DNA of 64,000 nt from Actinomycetota bacterium (GTDB lineage Bacteria; Actinomycetota; Thermoleophilia; RBG-16-64-13). The position numbers and the translations under genes are program-made. This document shows positions 1-9,117 of the stretch, one piece after another. The stretch's first letter is position 1. Each line of letters opens with the position of its first letter. The stretch covers positions 112,229 through 176,228 of the forward strand of contig JADQBG010000010.1 in the NCBI GenBank assembly GCA_016278725.1, given 5' to 3'. The notes under the pieces were generated by a model, which did not search any database, had not been told where the DNA came from, and worked only from the letters and a program-made list of their open reading frames with translations.

Positions 1-294
1 GGTCGCGATACTCGGGTTCGTGCTCCAGGACCAGGTTGGTGACGTAGAGCGTCAGGCAGTCGAAAAGAATGGTGTCCCACTCCCCCTCCCGCTCGCGCAG
101 CAGCTCGACCGCCGCCCTCGGAGCGTCGAGGGTGCCCCAATCTGCCGGGCGGTCGGCCTGATGGCGCTCGATGCGAAGCTTCATCTCCTCGTCGCGGGCT
201 TCGGCGGTGGCCACGTAGAGAACCCGGCCCCCAAACTCCCCCGCCAACCGCTCGGCGGTCGAAGATTTACCACTACGGGTGCCACCGGTGACAA
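1..294 (-). CDS. cobU: adenosylcobinamide kinase / adenosylcobinamide-phosphate guanylyltransferase (CobU/CobP), N-terminal ~98 aa; gene runs off the left edge
   Basis: Minus-strand translation starts MILVTGGTRSGKSSTAERLA (P-loop) and continues ...EWDTILFDCLTLYVTNLVLEHEPEYRD. A GAGG RBS lies ~8 nt upstream of the ATG at 294. Plus-strand ORF 20..361 is its antisense artefact. Confidence 0.8.
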
Positions 295-313
295 GAATCA
301 TGCGGACCTCGCA

Positions 314-336
314 AAAGGGGTCGCGAAAGCGCGACA
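314..336 (-). terminator. riboswitch expression-platform hairpin (GTCGCG-CTTT-CGCGAC followed by CCCTTTT) immediately upstream of the cobU RBS
   Basis: Minus-strand reading: gtcgcgctttcgcgaccccttttgcgagg. Stem-loop plus U-run sits between the aptamer and the cobU start. Confidence 0.5.
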
Positions 337-394
337 TGGGATGGTCGAAGGAGCGAGATAGAAGCGGAATATCGAAGTAGCCATGCCTGCCCTT

Positions 395-590
395 TTCCTC
401 GAAAGGCACCCCCAGCACGAAGGCAGTGGCAGGTTTCCTGACTTCCGGCTCAAACGCTCCTGCCTCCTCCTTCCCAACCCGAGGGTCAGTGGCTACGGAG
501 GCGGAACTTGCCGGTTACAGTGGCGGGACCGTGTCGGACTTGCACCGACTTCCCTAGGCCGTTAGGCACCACTACCGAACGTGACCGCAG
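395..590 (-). ncRNA. cobalamin (AdoCbl) riboswitch aptamer controlling cobU
   Basis: Reverse complement contains GGGAAGTCGGTGCAAGTCCGACACGGTCCCGCCACTGTAACCGG (GGTGC..AATCC..CGGTCCCGCCACTG core). Downstream B12-box GCCGGAAGTCAGGAAACCTGCCACTGCC is also present. Confidence 0.8.
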
Positions 591-650
591 CTTAGCGTGG
601 TCTGACCGGCTGTGCAACCCCGGACCGGTTGGGCGGTCGCTCCTGGGGGT

Positions 651-1781
651 TCAGCCGTCCTTTTGGTAGACCGGGGTTTCGCCGTACACCACCCCCAGAG
701 CCTGACGAGGACGGGGATGCCGGGGAGAGGTCCGGAAAGGGTCAGCCGCAAACCACGCGAGTACCGCCGGGGCCCCGACTAGCAGCGCAGAACCCCATTC
801 GCTCCCCAGAAGGCCGGCTGCAGCCCCTGTCGCCTGCGCCAGTTCTCCCGGGGCGAATCCCGCCCGGCCGAGCAGATCGAGTTCGATGCCCAGAGAGCCG
901 TGGGGCACCGCCGGGGACCCGGCGTCGGTGCCCGCGAGGATGGTGACTCCGAGTTCGCGCCCCCGCGCGACGGCGGTCAGGTGCCGCCGGAATACCTCGT
1001 CGACGCCGGGATAAAGCGGGGTGGGCTTCGCGCCCCGGGAGGCCCCCTCCGCCTGTCTGCTCAGCAGATAGAGGGGGGTGAGGGTGGGCACCCAGGCCAC
1101 TTGCCCTTCCGCCAACAAGGCGAGTTCCGCCTCTCCCGCGCCGATGCCGTGCTCCACGGAGTCCACGCCCGCCTCCGCCGCCAACCTCACCGATGCCGGC
1201 CCATTGGCATGGGCGGCCAACGCGAGCCCGCAATCGCGTGCGGCCCGCACCGCCTCGGCCAAGTCCTCCTTTGTGAAATAGGGTCCGTCAACTGCACCGG
1301 AGGCAAAATCCACCGCGCCGCTCAGGATCACCTTGATCAGGTCGGCCCCCTTTTCCGCCTCGCGCAGGACGGCTTCTCGGAGCCGCTCCCCGGACGCGAG
1401 GCGACGGCCGAGGAAGCCGCCGTAGCCCCCGGGAGGAGCCAACGCCCTCCCGGCGTTGCGAACCAAAGGGAGTTCTGGAGTTGCTTTCCCGATGCCGGTT
1501 GCAGGTGCCGCCGCGCCCAGGGAGCGCACGGCGAGCGTCCCCGAGGCCAGCGTTGCTTTCAGCGCATCTCCGGAGCCCAGTTCGAGATGCACGTGAACGT
1601 CGACCAGTCCCGGGGTCAAGAAGGCGCCCGCCAGGTCGAGACTTGCTTCCCCAGAGGTCGGCTCGAGGCAGTCCCCCACCTCCAGGATGCGGCCACCGGC
1701 CACCCGCAGATCGAAGAGCAAGCGGCCGCCGGATCTCTCGGGGGACGGATCGATCCGTCCGCGGGCCTTCTTGATCAGCAT
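651..1781 (-). CDS. amidohydrolase-family metal-dependent hydrolase (imidazolonepropionase/dihydroorotase-like)
   Basis: 376 aa; VDVHVHLE metal-binding HxH motif near the N-terminus. Later AHANGP and GTDAGS motifs are typical of amidohydrolase_1. Confidence 0.65.
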   Translation of the reverse strand: MLIKKARGRIDPSPERSGGRLLFDLRVAGGRILEVGDCLEPTSGEASLDLAGAFLTPGLVDVHVHLELGSGDALKATLASGTLAVRSLGAAAPATGIGKATPELPLVRNAGRALAPPGGYGGFLGRRLASGERLREAVLREAEKGADLIKVILSGAVDFASGAVDGPYFTKEDLAEAVRAARDCGLALAAHANGPASVRLAAEAGVDSVEHGIGAGEAELALLAEGQVAWVPTLTPLYLLSRQAEGASRGAKPTPLYPGVDEVFRRHLTAVARGRELGVTILAGTDAGSPAVPHGSLGIELDLLGRAGFAPGELAQATGAAAGLLGSEWGSALLVGAPAVLAWFAADPFRTSPRHPRPRQALGVVYGETPVYQKDG

Positions 1782-1806
1782 TTGCTCAGGCTAGAAGCCG
1801 GTGGGG

Positions 1807-2295
1807 CTAGAGGCCGGTGGGCGGGGAGGAGTCGCGGGAGTCATGGGAAGGGCCTGCGTTTGCACGATTCAGCTGAACCAGCGCGTCCTTGTACTTGCAG
1901 TGACGCAGTCCGACGATCTCGAGCAACGCTTGGGTGAAGGTCCCCAAAGCCTGGGGAACCCCTTCCGCGTCCACTTCCAGATAGATCTGACCTTGGCCCA
2001 TCCTCGCGCCGGTCTGCTTGATCGCGTTGAACACCGTCCGGCTGATCACCTCGTCAACGGACAGGTCCATACCCTGCGCCTCCAAGAAGCGGATCAGTTG
2101 GCCGCCCTCACTGACGCGGACGCGTGCACCATTGGAGGTCAGGAAGAGCGTCAGTTCCCCCCGGCCCGGATACTTGAAGGGAGTCTTGAGCGCAATCCGC
2201 GCTTCCTCGCGAAGTACGCCGATGGCCCGCTCGCTGCCCGCAAGCAAGGCGGCGTAGTCATTGGAGGAGAGAGTCAAGAAGTCAGACACGGGCAC
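1807..2295 (-). CDS. hypothetical protein (162 aa)
   Basis: Protein-like composition, directly upstream of and co-oriented with the amidohydrolase. The antisense ORF 1801..2406 looks like junk. Confidence 0.45.
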   Translation of the reverse strand: MPVSDFLTLSSNDYAALLAGSERAIGVLREEARIALKTPFKYPGRGELTLFLTSNGARVRVSEGGQLIRFLEAQGMDLSVDEVISRTVFNAIKQTGARMGQGQIYLEVDAEGVPQALGTFTQALLEIVGLRHCKYKDALVQLNRANAGPSHDSRDSSPPTGL

Positions 2296-2365
2296 CTCCC
2301 AGCGCTATTGGCCCCAAGGGGCTCCCACTATATAACGCTGGGAGGGCCCAAAGAGATCTGGGCTC

Positions 2366-2764
2366 TTAGCTCTCCAGCCGCTGTTCGGCGTCCTCGGGAA
2401 GGTTGATCCCCGTCACCTCTTCGGGCCCGATCCCGGTATCGTCCAAGCCGGTGGCCGCTTCCGTCGAATCTTTGGCCTTCGACTCCTCCACCTCGGTCTT
2501 GCGGATCTCGGCGTCTTTGCGCGCCTGCTCCATTTCGCCCTCGAGCCGCGTCATCTCGTCGATCAGTTCCTGGCGCTTGGCCGCGTCCGGAGTGGAGCCG
2601 CTCCGCTGAGACTCGAACTCCAAGTAGCCGAGTTTCTTGGCGGCGGTATCCATCTGCCGCTCGAACTGGAACTCTCCCACCTTGTATCGTCCCTGCTCGA
2701 TTGCCTTCTCGGCTTCTTTGGCCACCGCATCCGTGGCGTTTGTGATCATGTCCTTGAGTCCCAT
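2366..2764 (-). CDS. hypothetical charged/coiled-coil protein (132 aa)
   Basis: E/K/A/R-rich, predicted helical. No recognisable catalytic motif. Confidence 0.4.
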   Translation of the reverse strand: MGLKDMITNATDAVAKEAEKAIEQGRYKVGEFQFERQMDTAAKKLGYLEFESQRSGSTPDAAKRQELIDEMTRLEGEMEQARKDAEIRKTEVEESKAKDSTEAATGLDDTGIGPEEVTGINLPEDAEQRLES

Positions 2765-2900
2765 GGGTACCTCCGGTAGAGAAGCTGGTGCTGGGTAATT
2801 GCGGGTATACCCAGAGGAAGCCGCTTCGCCACTTTCGCGGCCGGTCTGCGCGGAGATCGCGTCCTTCGCCGGCGAAGCCCCCCAGTCCCTCGGGAGGGAA

Positions 2901-3824
2901 TCAGGCGCCCAGAAGCACGAGCCAGATGGTCATGGTCACCGCTGCCAGCACCGTGGTCAACGCCACCGTGGTCCCCACGAGCGGGGCCTCGGCAGGAATT
3001 AGCTCCCGGCTCATCACGTAGTTGGCGACCGCCGAGGGTGTGGTCAGCAAAAAGACGGTCACTTTCAGGTCGAGGCCGGCCAAGGACAGCCCGAATGCCC
3101 AGAGCAGCAACAGTCCCCATGCCGGCAGCAGCACGAGCTTGGCCAACCCGGCGGCCGCGGTGAGCCACTTGCGCCCGGCAAGACTCTGCCGGCTAAAAGA
3201 GGAGCCGATGGCCAGCAGAGCTGCGGGCAAAGCCATGCCCGCCAGCATCTCCATCCCTTCCTGCAAAGCTCCCGGCAGAGAGAGCCTCACGGCGCTGGCG
3301 ATCAGCCCGGCCAACGCGGCGATCACGATGGGGTCGAAGAAGGCGCGCAGGACCACGCCGGGGCGCAGCCCGCCGGTATCCCGCGCCAACCGGAAGAGAA
3401 CGACGGTGGCGATGGCGAAAGGGCCCGTCAGCACGCCGATGATCACTCCCGCCTTTGCCAAACCCAGTGTGCCCCAGGCCGAGAGCACGATGGGCAGCCC
3501 CACGAAGGCCATGTTTCCCCGCATGACCACCACGACCAGGGCAGCCCGAGCCGCGACCGGAACCGACAGCAGCCGCAATACCAGAAAGAAGGCCACGCTG
3601 AAGCTGGAAATGGCGAGCAGGATGCCCGCCAGCGAAACCGCGTCCACCACCTCGGAGAGCTCCGCGCCGGTGATGGCCACGAAGAGCACCATGGGCAGCC
3701 CCAGGTAGTAGACCACCTTGACCAGGGCTCCCACTTCGGCCTCTCGCAGGAAACCGATGGCCCGCAATACCCAGCCGAGGAGGATCAGCCCGAAGACGGG
3801 CGCGACGATGCCCAGGACTTCCAT
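2901..3824 (-). CDS. AEC-family (auxin efflux carrier-like) membrane transporter
   Basis: 307 aa, ~10 TM helices, two-repeat topology typical of the AEC/malate permease family. Confidence 0.6.
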   Translation of the reverse strand: MEVLGIVAPVFGLILLGWVLRAIGFLREAEVGALVKVVYYLGLPMVLFVAITGAELSEVVDAVSLAGILLAISSFSVAFFLVLRLLSVPVAARAALVVVVMRGNMAFVGLPIVLSAWGTLGLAKAGVIIGVLTGPFAIATVVLFRLARDTGGLRPGVVLRAFFDPIVIAALAGLIASAVRLSLPGALQEGMEMLAGMALPAALLAIGSSFSRQSLAGRKWLTAAAGLAKLVLLPAWGLLLLWAFGLSLAGLDLKVTVFLLTTPSAVANYVMSRELIPAEAPLVGTTVALTTVLAAVTMTIWLVLLGA

Positions 3825-3827
3825 GCT

Positions 3828-4520
3828 CTAGGAGAAGGCGTCGACCAGCGCGACGATCACCGGGGCGAAGAACAGCGCAGGCAGCAGATTGCCCACGCGT
3901 ACTTCCTTCAGATCGAGCAGACGCAGGGCGATGGCGAGAATCAGCACTCCGCCGGTGGCGGTCATCTCGGCGATCATCTGGTCGGTCAGCACCTGCTCGA
4001 TCAGGTCGGCACCCAGCGTGATCCCCCCCTGATAGACCAGAAGCGTGAGCGCCGAGAGGCCCACACCCCAGCCCAGGGTGGCGGCAAAGGCCAGAGCGGC
4101 GAATCCGTCCAGCACCGATTTGAGGGCGAGGATCTCCACGTTCCCGCGCAGGCCGTCCTCGATCGCCCCGAGGATGGCCATCGGCCCCACGGCGAAAACC
4201 AGACTGGCGGTCACGAATCCTTCGGTGAAGGTGCCCGACGAGGAGCGCAGCCTGGCCTGGAAGTAATCTCCGAGGGCGCGAAGGCCCGCCTCGATGTGCA
4301 TGGCCTCCCCCACCAGACCGCCAAGGAGAACCGCGCCCATCACGACCAGAAGGTTCTCGGTCTCCAGCGCCAGGGTCATGCCCAGGACCAAGGTCAGCAG
4401 ACCCAAACCGTCCATCACCGTTTCCCGCGCGCGGGCGGGAAGGCGGGCGCCCAAGAGCACGCCAAAGGTGGTCCCCACAGCGACCGCGGCGATATTTATG
4501 AGGGTTCCCAAACCGGTCAT
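3828..4520 (-). CDS. DUF554 (YqgA/YdfK-like) membrane protein
   Basis: 230 aa polytopic membrane protein with the Gly/Ala-rich helix pattern of DUF554. Confidence 0.55.
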   Translation of the reverse strand: MTGLGTLINIAAVAVGTTFGVLLGARLPARARETVMDGLGLLTLVLGMTLALETENLLVVMGAVLLGGLVGEAMHIEAGLRALGDYFQARLRSSSGTFTEGFVTASLVFAVGPMAILGAIEDGLRGNVEILALKSVLDGFAALAFAATLGWGVGLSALTLLVYQGGITLGADLIEQVLTDQMIAEMTATGGVLILAIALRLLDLKEVRVGNLLPALFFAPVIVALVDAFS

Positions 4521-4657
4521 GAAGAGTGGCAGTCCCTATCTGGAGGGGCCCGATTGCAATCGGCGAATGGTATCATTCGAGCGCCTCGAGACCCGCCGAC
4601 CGGCATGGCCTCAGGCGTTAGCAGCAGACCCTTCATCGCACGTCCCGAGGAGGCTCG

Positions 4658-5977
4658 GTGGCCGAAGTCGCCCCGTTTCGCGCATGGCGTTACAACCTGG
4701 ACCGGCTGGGCTCCCTGGCACCGCTGATCGCCCCGCCCTACGACGTCATCGACGAAGTAGCCCAGCGGGAACTCGTCGAGCGAAGTCCCTATAACATCGT
4801 GCATGTGGACTTGGCGGCCGAACGTCCCGACGACGACGAGGCGGAGAATCGCTACACCCGGGCGGCCTCCCTGCTCAACCGGTGGAAGGCGGAGCAGATA
4901 CTGGTCCGCGATCCGCAACCGACGCTGACGGTGGTCGAGGAGGCTTTTGTTGATCCCGAGGGACAGCCTCGACGGCGGCGCGGCATTCTGGCGGCGCTGC
5001 GGCTGGCCGACTTCGCCGAGGGCGTGGTCTTCCCGCACGAGGCCACTCTGACCGGCCCCAAGGAGGACCGCTTCCGTCTGATGAGCGCGACCGGAATGAG
5101 CCTGAGCCCGGTGTTCATGCTCTACGAGTCACCCGGGGACGAAATCCTGACCCACTGGGACCGGATAGACGGAGAGCGGACGCCCACCGCCGCCTTGGGC
5201 ATTCCCGGCGTGTCCAAACTGAGGCTCTGGGCCGCCGATGATCCCGATCTGCTCGGGTCGGCCCAAGAGACCTTGGCCGGGCGCTCCGTCCTCATCGCCG
5301 ATGGTCACCACCGCTACGAAACGGCTCTGCGCTACCGAGACGAGCAGAGAGCCCAGGGCCGGGGCGAGGGCCCCTGGGACTTCTGCCTGGTGTACCTGGT
5401 GAGCACCGACAACCCCGGTCTCGCCATCTTCCCCACGCATCGGCTGCTCCACGACCTCCCCCAAGACATGGTGAGAGACCTCCCGCAGCTGCTCACACCC
5501 TACTTCGAGGTGGAGCAGTTGAGCAGCTCGCCGGTGGCCATTTCCGCCGCGATCGACCGTTACCTCGCGGAACAGCAGGGCGAGGGGCGCGCCTTCGGCC
5601 TGGTACTGGCCGACCCGCCGGCCGCCTTCGGGGTTCGGCTGCGGGACCAGGCGTCGGTGGAGCGCTTCGCCCCGCATAGGAGTCCTGCCGGCCGCGCGCT
5701 GGACGTCACCGTGCTTCACTCCGTCATTCTCGAGGGCATCCTGGGAATCACTCCCGAGGACATTGCCGCCGAGCGCAAGGTCGAATTTGCCAAGGACCGC
5801 AACGAGGCCTTCCGCGGAGTGGCTTCGGGCGAGTACCAGGCGGGTTTCTTCATGAACCCGACGGGACTCGATCAGATGCTGGAGGTGGCGGGCGCGGGAG
5901 AACGGCTTCCGCAGAAATCCACCTACTTCTACCCCAAGCTGCCGACCGGCCTGGTGCTGTACGGCCTGGAGAAGTAG
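4658..5977 (+). CDS. DUF1015 family protein
   Basis: N-terminal FRAWRYN...PPYDVI signature of DUF1015; 439 aa. Confidence 0.7.
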   Translation: MAEVAPFRAWRYNLDRLGSLAPLIAPPYDVIDEVAQRELVERSPYNIVHVDLAAERPDDDEAENRYTRAASLLNRWKAEQILVRDPQPTLTVVEEAFVDPEGQPRRRRGILAALRLADFAEGVVFPHEATLTGPKEDRFRLMSATGMSLSPVFMLYESPGDEILTHWDRIDGERTPTAALGIPGVSKLRLWAADDPDLLGSAQETLAGRSVLIADGHHRYETALRYRDEQRAQGRGEGPWDFCLVYLVSTDNPGLAIFPTHRLLHDLPQDMVRDLPQLLTPYFEVEQLSSSPVAISAAIDRYLAEQQGEGRAFGLVLADPPAAFGVRLRDQASVERFAPHRSPAGRALDVTVLHSVILEGILGITPEDIAAERKVEFAKDRNEAFRGVASGEYQAGFFMNPTGLDQMLEVAGAGERLPQKSTYFYPKLPTGLVLYGLEK

Positions 5978-6004
5978 ACCGGGGGGCATCCCCCAAAAAG
6001 CGCT

Positions 6005-6772
6005 CTAGTTGACCTCGAAAGGTTGAATGGCGCGGGTCTTCCCGTCTTCGCCGAACTCCAAGAAGACGCCTTCCAACCAGACGTTCTCCGTCGCGACCTC
6101 GAAGCGGGAGGGAAGCAGGTTGAGAAAGCGTTCCATGACGGCCTCGCGCTTGACTCCGATAACGCCGTTCCTGGATCCGCACATGCCCACGTCGGTGAGA
6201 TAACCGGTTCCATCGGGCAGGATGCGGGCGTCTGCGGTGCGGACGTGGGTGTGGGTGCCCAGCACCGCGCTCACCTCGCCGTCCAAGTACCAGCCCATGG
6301 CCACCTTCTCGCTGGTGGCTTCGGCGTGCAGGTCGACGATGACGTTGCGGACCCCGGACAGCTGCTCGAGCGCCTCGTCGATGGCGTGGAAGGGAGAGCG
6401 GGCGGGCTGCAGATAGAGTTGGCCCAGCAGGTTGACCACGCCCAGCCTTCCCGCGGGCGTGTCGACCACCACGAGACCCCGGCCCGGATTCTCGGGGAGC
6501 AGGTTGAACGGCCGCAACACGCGGGGTTCCTCATCCAGGAAGCGGTAGATCTCCCGGAACTTCCAGACGTGGTTGCCCGTGGTGATCACGTCCACTCCGC
6601 CCTCGAGCAGAGCCACGGCCGCCTCGGGCTTGATGCCGGCCCCGTTGGTCACGTTCTCCCCGTTTACCAGCACGGCGTCCGCCGCCCACTGCCGCTTCAG
6701 GCCCGGTAACCGCTCGAGCAGCAGCCTGAGTGCGGGTTTGCCCACCAGATCCCCAAAGAACAAGACTCGCAT
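6005..6772 (-). CDS. ymdB: YmdB-like metallophosphoesterase (TIGR00282; 2',3'-cAMP phosphodiesterase family)
   Basis: MRVLFFGDLVGKPA..GENVTNG..TGNH..GTHTHV metallophosphatase motifs in YmdB order; 255 aa. Confidence 0.75.
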   Translation of the reverse strand: MRVLFFGDLVGKPALRLLLERLPGLKRQWAADAVLVNGENVTNGAGIKPEAAVALLEGGVDVITTGNHVWKFREIYRFLDEEPRVLRPFNLLPENPGRGLVVVDTPAGRLGVVNLLGQLYLQPARSPFHAIDEALEQLSGVRNVIVDLHAEATSEKVAMGWYLDGEVSAVLGTHTHVRTADARILPDGTGYLTDVGMCGSRNGVIGVKREAVMERFLNLLPSRFEVATENVWLEGVFLEFGEDGKTRAIQPFEVN

Positions 6773-6988
6773 ATTCGCCTTTCCCCGGCTCTTAGTCCGG
6801 TGCGAAGTCTAACCCAAACGGCCAATTCGACGGCGGCGGCCGGCCCCACACCAAGTCCGGTCCTTCGTCCGAGAGGCGGGACGCCCCCTTCTCGTTAGCC
6901 TCGAGAGGCACGGATTCAACCGAAGGGAGGACCCTTGAGAAACCTCGATACGGTCATTCACATCGATCGATCACCGCCGCATGGCCGG

Positions 6989-8086
6989 ATGACACTGAGG
7001 AGGCCCGCGATCGCTCTGGTGGCCGCCGGTCTGCTTCTGATGGCGCTGCTGTGGTCGGGACAGGCCGCGGCCGGGGACCAGGCGCAGCCCGACGCGCAGC
7101 CCGACGCGGGGGGTGAACCGCCCCTCGTCAATCAGCGGCTTGCCCTGGAGGGGCAGGAGGTCTCGAAGGGCCAAACCCTGCTCTCCCTGCCGTGGGGGCA
7201 GGGCGAGGGCCAGGTGGGTCTGCAGCTTCCCGGAGAGGGGCTGGCCCGCGGTCCTGAAGCCTTCGCCGTCGCTGAGGACGGGCGGATCGCCCTCCTCGAC
7301 TCGGTGAACCGGCGGCTGCAGCTATTCGATCAGGATCAACGAGTCCTTTCCAGCGTCGACCTCGGCCTAGCCGAACCCGCCTTCGTGGACGCAGATGAGC
7401 AGACGATCGCGGTTCTCGACCGTCGCGGCGAACAACTGTTGGAGTTCGACTGGCGCGGCTCTCTCCGGCAAGAACTCCAGCTCCCAACCCCGGCGGACGT
7501 TGTCACCGGTCTATTCGTCGAAAACGGTGTGGTGGGGCTGGAGATCGCGCATGACACCGTCCTCAAAGTGATCCCGGCAAGACCGGATCCCGCCGGCAGG
7601 ACCGGCGCCTCCACCGTGGCCTCCGCGGGACGGCCTTTCCGTGCCGGGCTCGCCGGAACAGTGACGGCGGAGTTCAAACGGGGATCCGCGCCGAGGGTCA
7701 ACTTCAGCGCAGGGAAAGGCGGGGAACGCTCCCGCCGGGTAGATGTGGACTTCGGGCGGCCGCTCGAGCACCTGGTGGCGCTGAGCGCCGCCGACGACCA
7801 AGTTCTCATCGCCGCCAAACTGCAGGAACCGGTACAGAACGGCGGCGCCGCTTCTCGTATCGCCGTCGCTCGGGTCCCCATGACAGAAGGCGCGGCGGCA
7901 ACGAGCGATCCCTTCGCCTCTGCCGTCGAGACCCTTATCCTGGAAGTTCCCGACTTCGCCTATGTCGGCGAGCCCTGCGTATTCGGCAAGGATGGTCTCG
8001 TGTATCAGCCGCTGGCGCAACCCGAGGGGTATTCGATCGTGGTTCACCAAACCGAAGGGCCGGTGGCGATAGGGGTCTCGATATGA
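6989..8086 (+). CDS. secreted/membrane-anchored hypothetical protein
   Basis: N-terminal signal/TM (MTLRRPAIALVAAGLLLMALLW). Its stop overlaps the next start (ATGA), implying translational coupling with the NlpC/P60 gene. Confidence 0.5.
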   Translation: MTLRRPAIALVAAGLLLMALLWSGQAAAGDQAQPDAQPDAGGEPPLVNQRLALEGQEVSKGQTLLSLPWGQGEGQVGLQLPGEGLARGPEAFAVAEDGRIALLDSVNRRLQLFDQDQRVLSSVDLGLAEPAFVDADEQTIAVLDRRGEQLLEFDWRGSLRQELQLPTPADVVTGLFVENGVVGLEIAHDTVLKVIPARPDPAGRTGASTVASAGRPFRAGLAGTVTAEFKRGSAPRVNFSAGKGGERSRRVDVDFGRPLEHLVALSAADDQVLIAAKLQEPVQNGGAASRIAVARVPMTEGAAATSDPFASAVETLILEVPDFAYVGEPCVFGKDGLVYQPLAQPEGYSIVVHQTEGPVAIGVSI

Positions 8087-9045
8087 AGCCTCTCCACCGA
8101 CACCTCGTCACCGGGACTGCCGCACTGCTTTGGGCGCTTGTGGCGCTCTCCGCGGTTCCCCCCGCTCAGGCGCTTCCGTATATGAGCCGCCCCGAGATCA
8201 CCGCCCGGGCGGAGTCGGCCATGGACAGCCGATACACCTGGGGAAGAGAGAGTTGGGTTCCCAACAGCGGAGCGACCGCCGGGCCCGACTGTTCGGGCTT
8301 TGTGCTCAAGGCCTGGGAAGTGCCGCGCTCGATGCTCTACCAGGAAGAGCACGGCGAAAACGCCTACATTTCTCCCCGTTACAGCACCTATCACTTCTAC
8401 AACGACCTGGGTCCCTGGTACGGCATTTCCCGGGACAGCCTGGCCGAGGGGGACGCGCTGGTCCGCCGGAGTGGAGACAGCGGCCACGTGGTTCTCTATG
8501 CCGGCGGTGACCGCTGGGGCTACCCCGTCATCTACGAGGCTCCTTACACCGGAGCGGGGGTCCGCCGGGTCAGCCGCTACATCGGCGACGAATATCGCGC
8601 CATCCGCCGCTACAGCCTCAGCGGTTCGGAAATCTTGCTGGATAATCCCACCGCCAAGAGCACGGCGGGGAGTGATGTTGGCGGCAACTGGACTCGGTCG
8701 ACCAGCGTGAGCGGCTACTACGGAGACGACTACCAAACCACCTACGGCACCTCCGCGCGCTCATACGCTCGCTGGACGCCCCGCCTGCCGAGCTCCGGTA
8801 CCTACGCGGTCTACCTGCGCTGGACCAGTTGGCCCAACCGGGCGACCAACGCCAAGGTGACCATCAATACCCCCGGCGGGCAGCTCGTGCGTTACGTCAA
8901 CCAACGGGAGAATGGGTCACGCTGGGTCTACATGGGCCGTTACTATTTCGGGGCCGGCTACAGCACCGGCTCCGGCAGCGTTTCGATTCACGCGACCGGC
9001 GCCAATGGATACGTGGTAGCCGACGCCGCTCTCTTTAGTTCATAG
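8083..9045 (+). CDS. NlpC/P60 (C40) cell-wall peptidase with a C-terminal beta-sandwich domain
   Basis: Signal peptide; catalytic Cys in DCSGFV and His in GHVVLY. C-terminal ~110 aa (GTYAVYLRWTSWPNRATNAKVTINTPGG...) resembles carbohydrate-binding-like domains fused to wall hydrolases. Confidence 0.65.
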   Translation: MKPLHRHLVTGTAALLWALVALSAVPPAQALPYMSRPEITARAESAMDSRYTWGRESWVPNSGATAGPDCSGFVLKAWEVPRSMLYQEEHGENAYISPRYSTYHFYNDLGPWYGISRDSLAEGDALVRRSGDSGHVVLYAGGDRWGYPVIYEAPYTGAGVRRVSRYIGDEYRAIRRYSLSGSEILLDNPTAKSTAGSDVGGNWTRSTSVSGYYGDDYQTTYGTSARSYARWTPRLPSSGTYAVYLRWTSWPNRATNAKVTINTPGGQLVRYVNQRENGSRWVYMGRYYFGAGYSTGSGSVSIHATGANGYVVADAALFSS

Positions 9046-9117
9046 CCGCAGCCTGGGCCGCAAAAGTCGGAGGGGCCCCTGGGGGCCCCTCCCAAAGAAT
9101 CCGGGCGTTCGATGCGC

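Noticed and set aside
20-565. ORFs 20..361(+) and 383..565(+)
   Set aside because: They overlap cobU (antisense) and the cobalamin riboswitch, and their translations have no protein-like features.
5978-6004. GGGGGGCATCCCCC hairpin between convergent DUF1015 and ymdB genes
   Set aside because: The hairpin is followed by an A-run on the plus strand and preceded by a T-run on the minus strand, so it is not a canonical intrinsic terminator in either direction. Left unannotated.
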